A stretch of DNA of 64,000 nt, taken from assembly GCA_964016885.1 (NCBI GenBank), contig OZ024744.1, positions 47,554,001-47,618,000 of the forward strand, given 5' to 3'. This document shows, in pieces, positions 1-14,157 of the stretch. The stretch comes from Eledone cirrhosa (taxonomy: Eukaryota). The notes under the pieces are model-generated. The model was not told the DNA's origin, ran no database searches, and saw only the letters and a list, made by a program, of their open reading frames with translations. A program made the translations under genes and the position numbers. The first letter of the stretch is position 1, and each line of letters starts with the position of its first letter.

Positions 1-3000
1 TTTTTGCTGTGTCTTTCACACGTCCACTTTACAGTGTGGGCTTGGTGCTTTTTGCTGTGTCTTTCACATGTCCACTTTACAATGTGGGCCGGGTGCTTTT
101 TGCTGAGTCTTTCACATGTCCACTTTACAGTGTGGGCTGGGTGCTTGTTGCTGTGTCTTTCTCACGTCCACTTTACAGTGTGGGCTGGGTGCTTTTTGCT
201 GAGTCTTTCACATGTCCACTTTACAGTGTGGGCTGGGTGCTTTTTGCAGTGTCTTTCACACGTCCACTTTACAGTGTAGGCATGGTGCTTTTTGCTGTGT
301 CTTTCACATGTCCACTTTACAGTGTGGGCTAGGTGCTTTTTGCTGTGTCTTTCACTTGTCCACTTTACAGTGTGAGCTGTGTGCTTTTTGCTGTGTCTTT
401 CACATGTCCACTTTACAATGTGGGCTGGGTGCTTTTTGCTGTGCCTTTCACATGTCCACTTTACAGTGTGGGCTGGGTGGTTGTTGCTGTGTCTTTCTCA
501 CGTCCACTTTACAGTGTGGGCTGGGTGCTTTTTGCTGTGTCTTTCACACGTCCACTTTACAGTGTGGGCTGCGTGCTTTTTGCTGTGTCTTTCACATGTC
601 CACTTTACAGTGTGGGCTGGGTGCTTTTTGCAGTGTCTTTCACACGTCCACTTTACAGTGTGGGCTGCGTGCTTTTTGCTGTGTCTTTCACATGTCCACT
701 TTACAGTGCGGGCTGGGTGCTTTTTGCTGTGTCTTTCACATGTCCACTTTACAGTGTGGGCTGGGTGCTTTTTGCTGTGTCTTTCACACGTCCACTTTAC
801 AGTATGGGCTGGGTGCTTTTTGCTGTGTCTTTCACACGTCCACTTTAAAGTGTGGGCTGGGTGCTTTTTTCTGTGTCTTTCACATGTCCACTTTACAATG
901 TGGGCTGGGTGCTTTTTGCTGTGTCTTTCACATGTCCACTTTACAGTGTGGGCTGGGTGCTTGTTGCTGTGTCTTTCTCACGTCCACTTTACAGTTTGGG
1001 CTGGGTGCTTTTTGCTGTGTCTTTCACATGTCCACTTTACAGTGTGGGCTGGGTGCTTTTTGCAGTGTCTTTCACACGTCCACTTTACAGTGTGGGCTGG
1101 GTGTTTTTGCTGTGTCTTTCACATGTCCACTTTACAGTGTGGGCTGGGTGCTTTTTGCTGTGTCTTTCACATGTCCACTTTACAGTGTGGGCCGTGTGCT
1201 TTTTGCTGTGTGTTTCACATGTCCACTTTACAATGTGGGCTGGGTACTTTTTGCTGTGCCTTTCACATGTCCACTTTACAGTGTGGGCTGGGTGGTTGTT
1301 GCTGTGTCTTTCTCACGTCCACTTTACAGTGTGGGCTGGGTGCTTTTTGCTGTGTCTTTCACACGTCCACTTTACAGTGTGGGCTGCGTGCTTTTTGCTG
1401 TGTCTTTCACATGTCCACTTTACAGTGTGGGCTGGGTGCTTTTTGCAGTGTCTTTCACACGTCCACTTTACAGTGTGGGCTGCGTGCTTTTTGCTGTGTC
1501 TTTCACATGTCCACTTTACAGTGCGGGCTGGGTGCTTTTTGCTGTGTCTTTCACATGTCCACTTTACAGTGTGGGCTGGGTGCTTTTTGCTGTGTCTTTC
1601 ACACGTCCACTTTACAGTGTGGGCTGGGTGCTTTTTTCTGTGTCTTTCACATGTCCACTTTACAATGTGGGCTGGGTGCTTTTTGCTGTGTCTTTCACAT
1701 GTCCACTTTACAGTGTGGGCTAGGTGCTTGTTGCTGTGTCTTTCTCACGTCCACTTTACAGTTTGGGCTGGGTGCTTTTTGCTGTGTCTTTCACATGTCC
1801 ACTTTACAGTGTGGGCTGGGTGCTTTTTGCAGTGTCTTTCACACGTCCACTTTACAGTGTGGGCTGGGTGTTTTTGCTGTGTCTTTCACATGTCCACTTT
1901 ACAGTGTGGGCTGGGTGTTTTTGCTGTGTCTTTCACATGTCCACTTTACAGTGTGGGCTGGGTGCTTTTTGCTGTGTCCTTCACATGTCCACTTTACAGT
2001 GTGGGCCGTGTGCTTTTTGCTGTGTCTTTCACATGTCCACTTTACAATGTGGGCTGGGTGCTTTTTGCTGTGCCTTTCACATGTCCACTTTACAGTGTGG
2101 GCTGGGTGGTTGTTGCTGTGTCTTTCTCACGTCCAGTTTACAGTGTGGGCTGGGTGCTTTTTGCAGTGTCTTTCACACGTCCACTTTACAGTGTGGGCTG
2201 GGTACTTTTTGCTGTGTCTTTCACATATCCACTTTACAGTGTGGGCTGGGTGTTTTTTGCAGTGTCTTTCACACGTCCACTTTACAGTGTGGGCTGGGTG
2301 CTTTTTGCTGTGTCTTTAACATGTCCACTTTACAGTGTGGGCTAGGTGCTTTTTGCTGTGTCTTTCACTTGTCCACTTTACAGTGTGGGCTGTGTGCTTT
2401 TTGCTGTGTCTTTCACATGTCCACTTTACAATGTGGGCTGGGTGCTTTTTGCTGTGCCTTTCACATGTCCACTTTACAGTGTGGGCTGGGTGGTTGTTGC
2501 TGTGTCTTTCTCATGTCCACTTTACAGTGTGGGCTGGGTGCGTTTTGCTGTGTCTTTCACACGTCCACTTTATAGCGTGGGCTGCGTGCTTTTTGCTGTG
2601 TCTTTCACATGTCCACTTTACAGTGTGGGCTGGGTGCTTTTTGCAGTGTCTTTCACACGTCCACTTTACAGTGTGGGCTGCGTGCTTTTTGCTGTGTCTT
2701 TCACACGTCCACTTTACAGTGCGGGCTGGGTGCTTTTTGCTGTTTCTTTCACATGTCCACTTTACAGTGTGGGCTGGGTGCTTTTTGCTGTGTCTTTCAC
2801 ACGTCCACTTTACAGTATGGGCTGGGTGCTTTTTGCTGTGTCTTTCACACGTCCACTTTACAGTGTGGGCTTGGTGCTTTTTGCTGTGTCTTTCACATGT
2901 CCACTTTACAATGTGGGCTGGGTGCTTTTTGCTGAGTCTTTCACATGTCCACTTTACAGTGTGGGCTGGGTGCTTGTTGCTGTGTCTTTCTCACGTCCAC

Positions 3001-6000
3001 TTTACAGTGTGGGCTGGGTGCTTTTTGCTGAGTCTTTCACATGTCCACTTTACAGTGTGGGCTGGGTGCTTTTTGCAGTGTCTTTCACACGTCCACTTTA
3101 CAGTGTAGGCCTGGTGCTTTTTGCTGTGTCTTTCACATGTCCACTTTACAGTGTGGGCTAGGTGCTTTTTGCTGTGTCTTTCACTTGTCCACTTTACAGT
3201 GTGAGCTGTGTGATTTTGCTGTGTCTTTCACATGTCCACTTTACAATGTGGGCTGGGTGCTTTTTGCTGTGCCTTTCACATGTCCACTTTACAGTGTGGG
3301 CTGGGTGGTTGTTGCTGTGTCTTTCTCACGTCCACTTTACAGTGTGGGCTGGGTGCTTTTTGCTGTGTCTTTCACACGTCCACTTTACAGTGTGGGCTGC
3401 GTGCTTTTTGCTGTGTCTTTCACATGTCCACTTTACAGTGTGGGCTGGGTGCTTTTTGCAGTGTCTTTCACACGTCCACTTTACAGTGTGGGCTGCGTGC
3501 TTTTTGCTGTGTCTTTCACATGTCCACTTTACAGTGCGGGCTGGGTGCTTTTTGCTGTGTCTTTCACATGTCCACTTTACAGTGTGGGCTGGGTGCTTTT
3601 TGCTGTGTCTTTCACACGTCCACTTTACAGTATGGGCTGGGTGCTTTTTGCTGTGTCTTTCACACGTCCACTTTACAGTGTGGGCTGGGTGCTTTTTTCT
3701 GTGTCTTTCACATGTCCACTTTACAATGTGGGCTGGGTGCTTTTTGCTGTGTCTTTCACATGTCCACTTTACAGTGTGGGCTGGGTGCTTGTTGCTGTGT
3801 CTTTCTCACGTCCACTTTACAGTTTGGGCTGGGTGCTTTTTGCTGTGTCTTTCACATGTCCACTTTACAGTGTGGGCTGGGTGCTTTTTGCAGTGTCTTT
3901 CACACGTCCACTTTACAGTGTGGGCTGGGTGTTTTTGCTGTGTCTTTCACATGTCCACTTTACAGTGTGGGCTGGGTGCTTTTTGCTGTGTCTTTCACAT
4001 GTCCACTTTACAGTGTGGGCCGTGTGCTTTTTGCTGTGTGTTTCACATGTCCACTTTACAATGTGGGCTGGGTACTTTTTGCTGTGCCTTTCACATGTCC
4101 ACTTTACAGTGTGGACTGGGTGGTTGTTGCTGTGTCTTGCTCACGTCCACTTTACAGTGTGGGCTGGGTGCTTTTTGCTGTGTCTTTCACACGTCAACTT
4201 TACAGTGTGGTCTGGGTGCTTTTTGCTACGTCTTTCACATGTCCACTTTACAGTGTGGGCTGTGTGCTTTTTGCAGTGACTTTCACACGTCCACTTTACA
4301 GTGTGGGCTGGGTGCTTTTTGCTGTATCTTTCACACGTCCACTTTACAGTGTGGGCTGGGTGCTTTTTGCTGTGTCTTTCACACGTCCACTTTACAGTAT
4401 GGGCTGGGTGCTTTTTGCTGTGTCTTTCACACGTCCACTTTACAGTGTGGGCTTGGTGCTTTTTGCTGTGTCTTTCACATGTCCACTTTACAATGTGGGC
4501 TGGGTGCTTTTTGCTGAGTCTTTCACATGTCCACTTTACAGTGTGGGCTGGGTGCTTGTTGCTGTGTCTTTCTCACGTCCACTTTACAGTGTGGGCTGGG
4601 TGCTTTTTGCTGAGTCTTTCACATGTCCACTTTACAGTGTGGGCTGGGTGCTTTTTGCAGTGTCTTTCACACGTCCACTTTACAGTGTAGGCTTGGTGCT
4701 TTTTGCTGTGTCTTTCACATGTCCACTTTACAGTGTGGGCTAGGTGCTTTTTGCTGTGTCTTTCACTTGTCCACTTTACAGTGTGAGCTTTGTGCTTTTT
4801 GCTGTGTCTTTCACATGTCCACTTTACAATGTGGGCTGGGTGCTTTTTGCTGTGCCTTTTACATGTCCACTTTACAGTGTGGGCTGGGTGGTTGTTGCTG
4901 TGTCTTTCTCACGTCCACTTTACAGTGTGGGCTGGGTGCTTTTTGCTGTGTCTTTCACACGTCCACTTTACAGTGTGGGCTGCGTGCTTTTTGCTGTGTC
5001 TTTCACATGTCCACTTTACAGTGTGGGCTGGGTGCTTTTTGCAGTGTCTTTCACACGTCCACTTTACAGTGTGGGCTGCGTGCTTTTTGCTGTGTCTTTC
5101 ACATGTCCACTTTACAGTGCGGGCTGGGTGCTTTTTGCTGTGTCTTTCACATGTCCACTTTACAGTGTGGGCTGGGTGCTTTTTGCTGTGTCTTTCACAC
5201 GTCCACTTTACAGTATGGGCTGGGTGCTTTTTGCTGTGTCTTTCACACGTCCACTTTACAGTGTGGGCTGGGTGCTTTTTTCTGTGTCTTTCACATGTCC
5301 ACTTTACAATGTGGGCTGGGTGCTTTTTGCTGTGTCTTTCACATGTCCACTTTACAGTGTGGGCTGGGTGCTTGTTGCTGTGTCTTTCTCACGTCCACTT
5401 TACAGTTTGGGCTGGGTGCTTTTTGCTGTGTCTTTCACATGTCCACTTTACAGTGTGGGCTGGGTGCTTTTTGCAGTGTCTTTCACACGTCCACTTTACA
5501 GTGTGGGCTGGGTGTTTTTGCTGTGTCTTTCACATGTCCACTTTACAGTGTGGGCTGGGTGCTTTTTGCTGTGTCTTTCACATGTCCACTTTACAGTGTG
5601 GGCCGTGTGCTTTTTGCTGTGTGTTTCACATGTCCACTTTACAAAGTGGGCTGGGTACTTTTTGCTGTGCCTTTCACATTACCACTTTACAGTGTGGACT
5701 GGGTGGTTGTTGCTGTGTCTTGCTCACGTCCACTTTACAGTGTGGGCTGGGTGCTTTTTGCTACGTCTTTTACATGTCCACTTTACAGTGTGGGCTGTGT
5801 GCTTTTTGCAGTGTCTTTCACACGTCCACTTTACAGTGTGGGCTGGGTGCTTTTTGCTGTATCTTTCACACGTCCACTTTACAGTATGGGCTGGGTGCTT
5901 TTTGCTGTGTCTTTCACTTGTCCACTTTACAGTGTGAGCTGTGTGCTTTTTGCTGTGTCTTTCACACGTCCACTTTACAGTGTGGGCTGGGTGCTTTTTG

Positions 6001-9000
6001 CAGTGTCTTTCACACGTCCACTTTACAGTGTGGGCTGGGTGTTTTTGCTGTGTCTTTCACATGTGTACTTTACAGTGTGGGCTGTGTGCTTTTTGCAGTG
6101 TCTTTCACCCGTCCACTTTACAGTGTGGGCTGCGTGCTTTTTGCTGTGTCTTTCACATGTCCATTTTACAGTGTGGGCTGGGTGCTTTTTGCTGTGTCTT
6201 TCACATGTCCACTTAACTGTGTGGGCTGGGTGCTTTTTGCAGTGTCTTTCACAGGTCCACTTTACAGTATGGGCTGGGTGCTTTTTGCTGTGTCTTTCAC
6301 ACATCCACTTTACAGTGTGGGCTGGGTGCTTTTTGCTGTGTCTTTCACATGTCCACTTCATAGTGTGGGCTGGGTGCTTTTTGCAGTGTCTTTCACACGT
6401 CCACTTTACAGTGTGGGCTGGGTGCTTTTTGCTGTGTCTTTCACATGTCCACTTTACAGTGTGGGCTGGGTGCTTTTTGCTGTGTCTTTCACACGTCCAC
6501 TTTACAGTGTGGGCTGGGTGCTTTTTGCTGTGTCTTTCACATGTCTACTTTACAGTGTGGGCTGTGTGCTTTTTGCAGTGTCTTTCACCCGTCCACTTTA
6601 CAGTGTGGGCTGCGTGCTTTTTGCTGTGTCTTTCACATGTCCACTTTACAGTGTGGGCTGGGTGCTTTTTGCTGTGTCTTTCACATGTCCACTTCACTGT
6701 GTGGGCTGGGTGCTTTTTGCTGTGTCTTTCACAGGTCCACTTTACAGTATGGGCTGGGTGCTTTTTGCTGTGTCTTTCACACGTCCACTTTACAGTGTGG
6801 GCTGTGTGCTTTTTGCTGTCTTTCACATGTCCACTTTACAGTGTGCGGTGGGTGCTTTTTGCTGTGCCTTTCACATATCCACTTTACAGTGGGGGTTGGG
6901 TGCTTTTTGCAGTGTCTTTCACACGTCCACTTTACAGTGTGGGCTGGGTGCTTTTTGCAGTGTCTTTCACACGTCCACTTTACAGTGTGGGCTGGGTGCT
7001 TTTTGCTGTGTCTTTCACATGTCCACTTTACAGTGTGGGCTGGGTGCTTTTTGCTGTGTCTTTCACACGTCCACTTTACAGTGTGGGCTGGGTGCTTGTT
7101 GCTGTGTCTTTCTCACGTCCACTTTACAGTGTGGGCTGTGTGCTTTTTGCTGTGTGTTTCACATGTCCACTTTACAATGTGGGCTGGGTGCTTTTTGCTG
7201 TGCCTTTCACATGTCCACTTTACAGTGTGGGCTGGGTGCTTTTTGCTGAATCTTTCACACGTCCACTTTACAGTATGGGCTGGGTGCTTTTTGCTGTGTC
7301 TTTCAGACGTCCACTTTACAGTGTGGGCTGGGTGCTTTTTGCTGTGTCTTTCACACGTCCACTTTACAGTGTGGGGTGGATACTTTTTGCTGTGTCTTTC
7401 ACATATCCACTTTACAGTGTGGGTTGGGTGCTTTTTGCAGTGTCTTTCACACATCCACTTTACAGTGTGGGCTGGGTGCTTTTTGCTGTGTCTTTCACAT
7501 GTCCACTTTATAGTGTGGGCTGGGTGCTTTTTGCAGTGTCTTTCACACGTCCACTTTACAGTGTGGGCTGGGTGCTTTTTGCTGTGTCTTTCACATGTCC
7601 ACTTTACAGTGTGGGCTGGGTGCTTTTTGCTGTGTCTTTCACACGTCCACTTTACAGTGTGGGCTGGGTGCTTTTTGCTGTGTCTTTCACATGTGTACTT
7701 TACAGTGTGGGCTGTGTGCTTTTTGCAGTGTCTTTCACCCGTCCACTTTACAGTGTGGGCTGCGTGCTTTTTGCTGTGTCTTTCACATGTCCATTTTACA
7801 GTGTGGGCTGGGTGCTTTTTGCTGTGTCTTTCACATGTCCACTTAACTGTGTGGGCTGGGTGCTTTTTGCTGTGTCTTTCACAGGTCCACTTTACAGTAT
7901 GGGCTGGGTGCTTTTTGCTGTGTCTTTCACATATCCACTTTACAGTGTGGGCTGGGTGCTTTTTGCTGTGTCTTTCACATGTCCACTTTATAGTGTGGGC
8001 TGGGTGCTTTTTGCAGTGTCTTTCACACGTCCACTTTACTGTGTGGGCTGGGTGCTTTTTGCTGTGTCTTTCACATGTCCCCTTTACAGTGTGGGCTGGG
8101 TGCTTTTTGCTGTGTCTTTCACACGTCTACTTTACAGTGTGGGCTGGGTGCTTTTTGCTGTCTTTCACATGTCTACTTTACAGTGTGGGCTGTGTGCTTT
8201 TTGCAGTGTCTTTCACCCGTCCACTTTACAGTGTGGGCTGCGTGCTTTTTACTGTGTCTTTCACATGTCCACTTTACAGTGTGGGCTGGGTGCTTTTTGC
8301 TGTGTCTTTCACATGTCCACTTCACTGTGTGGGCTGGGTGCTTTTTGCTGTGTCTTTCACAGGTCCACTTTACAGTATGGGCTGTGTGCTTTTTCCTGTG
8401 TCTTTCACACGTCCACTTTACAGTGTGGGCTGTGTGCTTTTTGCTGTCTTTCACATGTCCACTTTACAGTGTGCGGTGGGTGCTTTTTGCTGTGCCTTTC
8501 ACATATCCACTTTACAGTGGGGGTTGGGTGCTTTTTGCAGTGTCTTTCACACGTCCACTTTACAGTGTGGGCTGGGTGCTTTTTGCAGTGTCTTTCACAC
8601 GTCCACTTTATAGTGTGGGCTGGGTGCTTTTTGCTGTGTCTTTCACATGTCCACTTTATAATGTGGGCTGGGTGCTTTTTGCAGTGTCTTTCACACGTCC
8701 ACTTTACAGTGTGGGCTGGGTGCTTTTTGCTGTGTCTTTCACATGTCCACTTTACAGTGTGGGCTGGGTGCTTTTTGCTGTGTCTTTCACACGTCCACTT
8801 TACAATGTGGGCTGGGTGCTTGTTGCTGTGTCTTTCTCAAGTCCACTTTACAGTGTGGGCTGTGTGCTTTTTGCTGTGTGTTTCACATGTCCACTTTACA
8901 ATGTGGGCTGGGTGCTTTTTGCTGTGCCTTTCACATGTCCACTTTACAGCGTGGGCTGGGTGGTTGTTGCTGTGTCTTTCTCACGTCCACTTTACAGTGT

Positions 9001-11836
9001 GGGCTGGGTGCTTTTTGCTGTGTCTTTCACACGTCAACTTTACAGTGTGGTCTGGGTGCTTTTTGCTACGTCTTTCACATGTCCACTTTACAGTGTGGGC
9101 TGTGTGCTTTTTGCAGTGTCTTTCACACGTCCACTTTACAGTGTGGGCTGGGTGCTTTTTGCTGTATCTTTCACACGTCCACTTTACAGTATGGGCTGGG
9201 TGCTTTTTGCTGTGTCTTTCACACGTCCACTTTACAGTGTGGGCTGGGTGCTTTTTGCTGTGTCTTTCACATGTCCACTTTACAGTGTGGGGTGGATACT
9301 TTTTGCTGTGTCTTTCACATATCCACTTTACAGTGTGGGTTGGGTGCTTTTTGCAGTGTCTTTCACACATCCACTTTACAATGTGGGCTGGGTGCTTTTT
9401 GCTGTGTCTTTCACATGTCTACTTTACAGTGTGGGCTGTGTGCTTTTTGCAGTGTCTTTCACCCGTCCACTTTACAGTGTGGGCTGCGTGCTTTTTGCTG
9501 TGTCTTTCACATGTCCTATTTACAGTGTGGGCTGGGAGCTTTTTGCTGTGTCTTTCACATGTCCACTTCACTGTGTGGCCTGGGTGCTTTTTGCTGTGTT
9601 TTTCACAGTTCCACTTCACAGTACGGGCTGGGTGCTTTTTGCTGTGTCTTTCACACGTCCACTTTACAGTGTGGGCTGTGTGCTTTTTGCTGTCTTTCAC
9701 ATGTCTACTTTACAGTGTGCGGTGGGTGCTTTTTGCTGTGCCTTTCACATATCCACTTTACAGTGGGGGTTGGGTGCTTTTTGCAGTGTCTTTCACACGT
9801 CCACTTTACAGTGTGGGCTGGGTGCTTTTTGCAGTGTCTTTCACACGTCCACTCTACAGTGTGGGCTGGGTGCTTTTTGCTGTGTCTTTCACATGTCCAT
9901 TTATAATGTGGGCTGGGTGCTTTTTGCAGTGTCTTTCACACGTCCACTTTACAGTGTGGGCTGGGTGCTTTTTGCTGTGTCTTTCACATGTCCACTTTAC
10001 AGTGTGGGCTGGGTGCTTTTTGCTGTGTCTTTCACACGTCCACTTTACAGTGTGGGCTGGGTGATTTTTGCTGTGTCTTTCACATGTCCACTCTACAGTG
10101 TGGGCTGGGTGCTTTTTGCAGTGTATTTCACACGTCCACTTTACAGTGTGGGCTGCGTGCTTTTTGATGTGTCTTTCACATGTCCACTTTACAGTGTGGG
10201 CTGGGTGCTTTTTGCTGTGTCTTTCAAATGTCTACTTTACAGTGTGGGCTGGGTGCTTGTTGCTGTGTCTTTCTCACATCCACTTTACAGTGTGGGCTTG
10301 GTGCTTTTTGCTGTGTCTTTCACACGGCCACTTTACAGTATGGGCTGGGTGCTTTTTGCTGTGTCTTTCACACGTCCACTTTACAGTGTGGGCTGGGTGC
10401 TTTTTGCTGTGTCTTTCACATGTCCACTTTACAATGTGGGCTGGGTGCTTTTTGCTGTGTCTTTCACATGTCCACTTTACAGTGTGGGCTGGGTGCTTGT
10501 TGCTGTGTCTTTCTCACGTCCACTTTACAGTGTGGGCTGGGTGCTTTTTGCTGTGTCTTTCACATGTCCACTTTACAGTTTGGGCTAGGTGCTTTTTGCT
10601 GTGTCTTTCACTTGTCCACTTTACAGTGTGGGCTGTGTGCTTTTTGCTGTGTCTTTCACATGTCCACTTTACAATGTGGGCTGGGTGCTTTTTGCTGTGT
10701 CTTTCACATGTCCAATTTACAGTTTGGGCTGGGTGCTTTTTGCTGTGACTTTCACATATCCACTTTAGAGTGTGGGCTGGGTGGTTGTTGCAGTGTCTTT
10801 CTCACGTCCACTTTACAGTGTGGGCTGGGTGCTTTTTGCTGTGTCTTTCACACGTCAACTTTACAGTGTGGGCTGGGTGCTTTTTGCTATGTCTTTCACA
10901 TGTCCACTTTACAGTGTTGGCTGTGTGCTTTTTGCAGTCTCTTTCACACGTCCACTTTACAGTGTTTTGCTGGGTGCTTTTTGCTGTGTCTTTAACATGT
11001 CCACTTTACAGTGTCGGGTGGGTGATTTTTGCTGTGTCTTTCACATGTCCACTTTACAGTGTGGGCTGGGTGCTTTTTGCTGTGTCTTTCACACGTCCAC
11101 TTTACAGTGTGGGCTGGGTGCTTTTTGCTGTATCTTTCACATGTCTACTCTACAGTGTGGGCTGGGTGCTTTTTGCAGTGTCTTTCACAAGTCCACTTTA
11201 CAGTGTGCGCTGGGTGCTTTTTGCTCTGTCTTTCACATGTCCACTTTACAGTGTGGGCTGGGTGCTTTTTGCTGTGTCTTTCACATGTCCACTTTATAGT
11301 GTGGGCTGGGTGCTTTTTGCTGTGTCTTTCACATGTCCACTTTACAATGTGGGCTGGGTGCTTTTTGCTGTGTCTTTCACATGTCCACTTTACAGTGTGG
11401 GCTGGGTGGTTGTTGCTGTGTCTTTCTCACGTCCACTTTACAGTGTGGGCTGGGTGCTTTTTGCCTTGTCTTTCACATGTCCACTTTACAATGTGGGCTG
11501 GGTGCTTTTTGCTGTGTCTTTCACATGTCCACTCTACAGTGTGGGCGGGGTGCTTTTTGCAGTGTCTTTCACACGTCCACTTTACAGTGTGGGCTGGGTG
11601 CTTTTTGCTGTGTCTTTCACATGTCTACTTTACAGTGTGGGCTGGGTGCTTTTTGCAGTGTCTTTCACACGTCCACTTTACAGTGTGGGCTGGGTGCTTT
11701 TTGCAGTGTCTTTCACACGTCCACTTTACAGTGTGGGCTGGGTGCTTTTTGCTGTGTCTTTTCATGTCCACTTTACAGTGTGGGCTGCGTGCTTTTTGCT
11801 GTGTCTTTCACATGTCCACTTTAGAGTGTGGGCTGT
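1..11836. repeat. 48-bp tandem minisatellite, ~246 units, runs off the left edge of the window
   Basis: Consensus GGCTGGGTGCTTTTTGCTGTGTCTTTCACA(T/C)GTCCACTTTACAGTGTG; 16-aa periodicity in all + frame ORFs; diagnostic variant units recur in blocks. Confidence 0.98.
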
Positions 11837-12665
11837 GAGAGGCGGGGTGCTGGGCATGCTGTACATATGCTTCAGCTTGTGATCCTGGGAAGTCGGGTCT
11901 TCTCTATTACTGCACATCTCCAGAGATCCCGGCCACGTGTCATTGCCTTTGAGGTCGGCTTGTATCACCTCACCTCAGATCTTCCAAGGTCTCCCCACTC
12001 CAAGGCTTCCAACAACTGAGCCCTCTGCACTTTTTTATGCAGCTGTCATCCTTCATACGCAACACATGTCCATACCAATGCAATCTCCTCTCCTGCACAC
12101 AGCATTTGATTTCTCTTATGCCAAGTTTCTCTCTCAGTTCATTTATGCTTCGACTTTTTCGCATCCATCGGATCACGCAGGCTTCATTTCTTTCCAATCT
12201 ACACAAGACTTCTGCATGCAGCACCCAAGTGTCACTACCATGTAACATTGCTGTACATACGGATACATCATACCATTCTGAGGGAGAAGCTTTTGTAGCC
12301 AGCAGTGGCAGTAGCTCCCTGAACTTCCTTCATCCCGTTCTTACTCTGGTTACTGTACTTTCAGCACACCCAACATTGCTGCTAATTCAGTCACCTAAGT
12401 AGCAGAAGCTATCTACTGTTTCTACAGAGCCCTCTTAGAATTTGGTAGCGCTTGTATCTTGCGATCGTTTGCTGCTTTCTGTTCCAGTGCATCTGCCACA
12501 CGTAAAGCCTACATTCTTAGCTATACTTACTGAGATCCCACTACATCTCTTGTGTACCTTTATTCTCCATATGGGGCAGAGGATGGAATGTCTACCAATG
12601 CCTTTCCTACATACTGGACAAGGCCATTTCCCTGAAGGATCTCGGTTCTGTTTTCTGGAATTCTA

Positions 12666-12668
<3 letters not shown>
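11837..12668 (-). mobile_element. RTE-clade LINE, 3' coding fragment (degenerate PHD finger, RT region 7/thumb, C-terminus) running into the 48-bp array
   Basis: ORF 11970..12248 LHGSDTW...LERNEAC...ERRLHWYGHVLRMKDD matches the RTE copies at 21256 and 54292; frameshifted. Confidence 0.9.

Positions 12669-12727
<59 letters not shown>
12669..12727. repeat. (TA)n microsatellite; many more at e.g. 26264, 26560, 27352, 29330, 37093, 38625, 42157, 42740, 43552, 56886, 62327
   Basis: Direct reading. Confidence 0.97.
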
Positions 12728-12733
<6 letters not shown>

Positions 12734-13261
12734 TATCCAAAGTGAGGTCAATAGCAGATATAACTTGCTGCCAGTGTCATCACAACTAATATATACCCTA
12801 TATACAGACGCGTGGCTGAGTGGTTATAGAATTGGATTCGCAATCCACCACTCTCAACAATGAAATGAGATTGTGTCTCTGTAATAGCCCCTAATGACAA
12901 ATAATATGTAGGGATACTTTCTACAGGGTGTATTTGTTAATTATAATACAAAACCTCTGAGAATGATTTCCAACATATTTCACAATATCAATATATATTA
13001 ATATTATTATTATTTTCTGCTAGCATGTGTAATGTGTATATTGATATCATACGCAGGTATATCTACATGTAGATATGATAGATCAAATAAAATCGTAATT
13101 TACAATATATAATACATAGAAATTGAACGAAGACTGTGTTACACTGTCTTATTTAATCAGTAACGTAATCCATGGTACATTAAAAAAGACGATATTATAT
13201 ATAAACTGCATTAGGAGAAAATTAGTGAGAGACAATTAGTATGTTTATTTAAGTGATTGCC

Positions 13262-13427
13262 ACCGGTAGTGTTGAGATCACACACTCTCTCTTTCTATAT
13301 ATATGGTAGTTGAAGTGGTGGTGGTGGTGGCAACGATATACCGGAAGTGTTGACATCACGCACTCTCTATTTCTATATATATGGTAGTTGAAGTGGTGGT
13401 GGTGGTGACAACGATATACCGGAAGTG
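13262..13427. repeat. 78-bp tandem duplication (2 copies)
   Basis: ATATGGTAGTTGAAGTGGTGG...CAACGATATACCGGAAGTG at 13301 and 13379. Confidence 0.85.
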
Positions 13428-13597
13428 CAACTTTGAAAAGAAGTCAATTTTAAATTATTTATTTTTACGAAATTTAGTAGATAAATTATGTAATATTCAT
13501 TCATTATTTATTCAAAGTAATCCAACTTATTTTACTAACGGGATAACAGATTATAAACCGTAGGCACTCCCGCAGACCTTCCTTTATTATAGTTTAG

Positions 13598-13703
13598 ATT
13601 GGTTGGTAACGCACGTTTCACTATTGATCAGCTCATGGTTTGATCTGTATCAATACAGATCGAACCTTGAGCTGATCAATAACGAAACATGTCACCAACC
13701 AAT
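13598..13703. repeat. Fold-back palindrome built from the 3' half of a hammerhead-like pLTR
   Basis: Arms ATTGGTTGGT...GATCTGTAT / ATACAGATC...ACCAACCAAT around a 2-nt centre; each arm ends GAAAC-(N2-4)-GTH-ACCAACC, with AATAAA after the right arm. Confidence 0.7.
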
Positions 13704-14157
13704 AAATGTAATGAAGGAGTAACCTTTTGTCCTTGTATTATTCTATTACACTCTGTCTAGCTCTACACTTCACTACAGACGTGAACCTAAAGATGGAGTG
13801 CTCACCCAGGTGAACCTACAGTAACTCCGTCTTACACTCCCTGGATATATACATATATATAATGTGGGTAATATTAAATATTATCCAATTACAAGTATGA
13901 GAATAGTTCAATATAAAACAACAAATATAATAAAGAGCCGAAATATCATTTTTAAAAAAATGTTTTGATAACATTTTTTGGATTAATTTTTTAATAAATT
14001 TTAATAATATTCAGCTTTTTACTCTACATTGATAAATTATTTTATTGTATTTGGTAATATATTATTGTAAAATTATTATTTAATAACTTTTAAAATAATT
14101 CTCTAGTTGTATAATCATTAGCCCTAATATTTATTATTGTTATTATTACACCTTGAC

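Noticed and set aside
1-11836. CRISPR array
   Set aside because: Contiguous units with no unique spacers, no cas genes, eukaryotic context
4-11882. Very long Cys/His-rich ORFs (up to 1813 aa) in all + frames and HTVKWTCERHSKKH repeats on the - strand
   Set aside because: The 48-bp unit is a multiple of 3 and stop-free; ORFs swap between the three peptide phases at 1-2 bp indels, showing no frame selection
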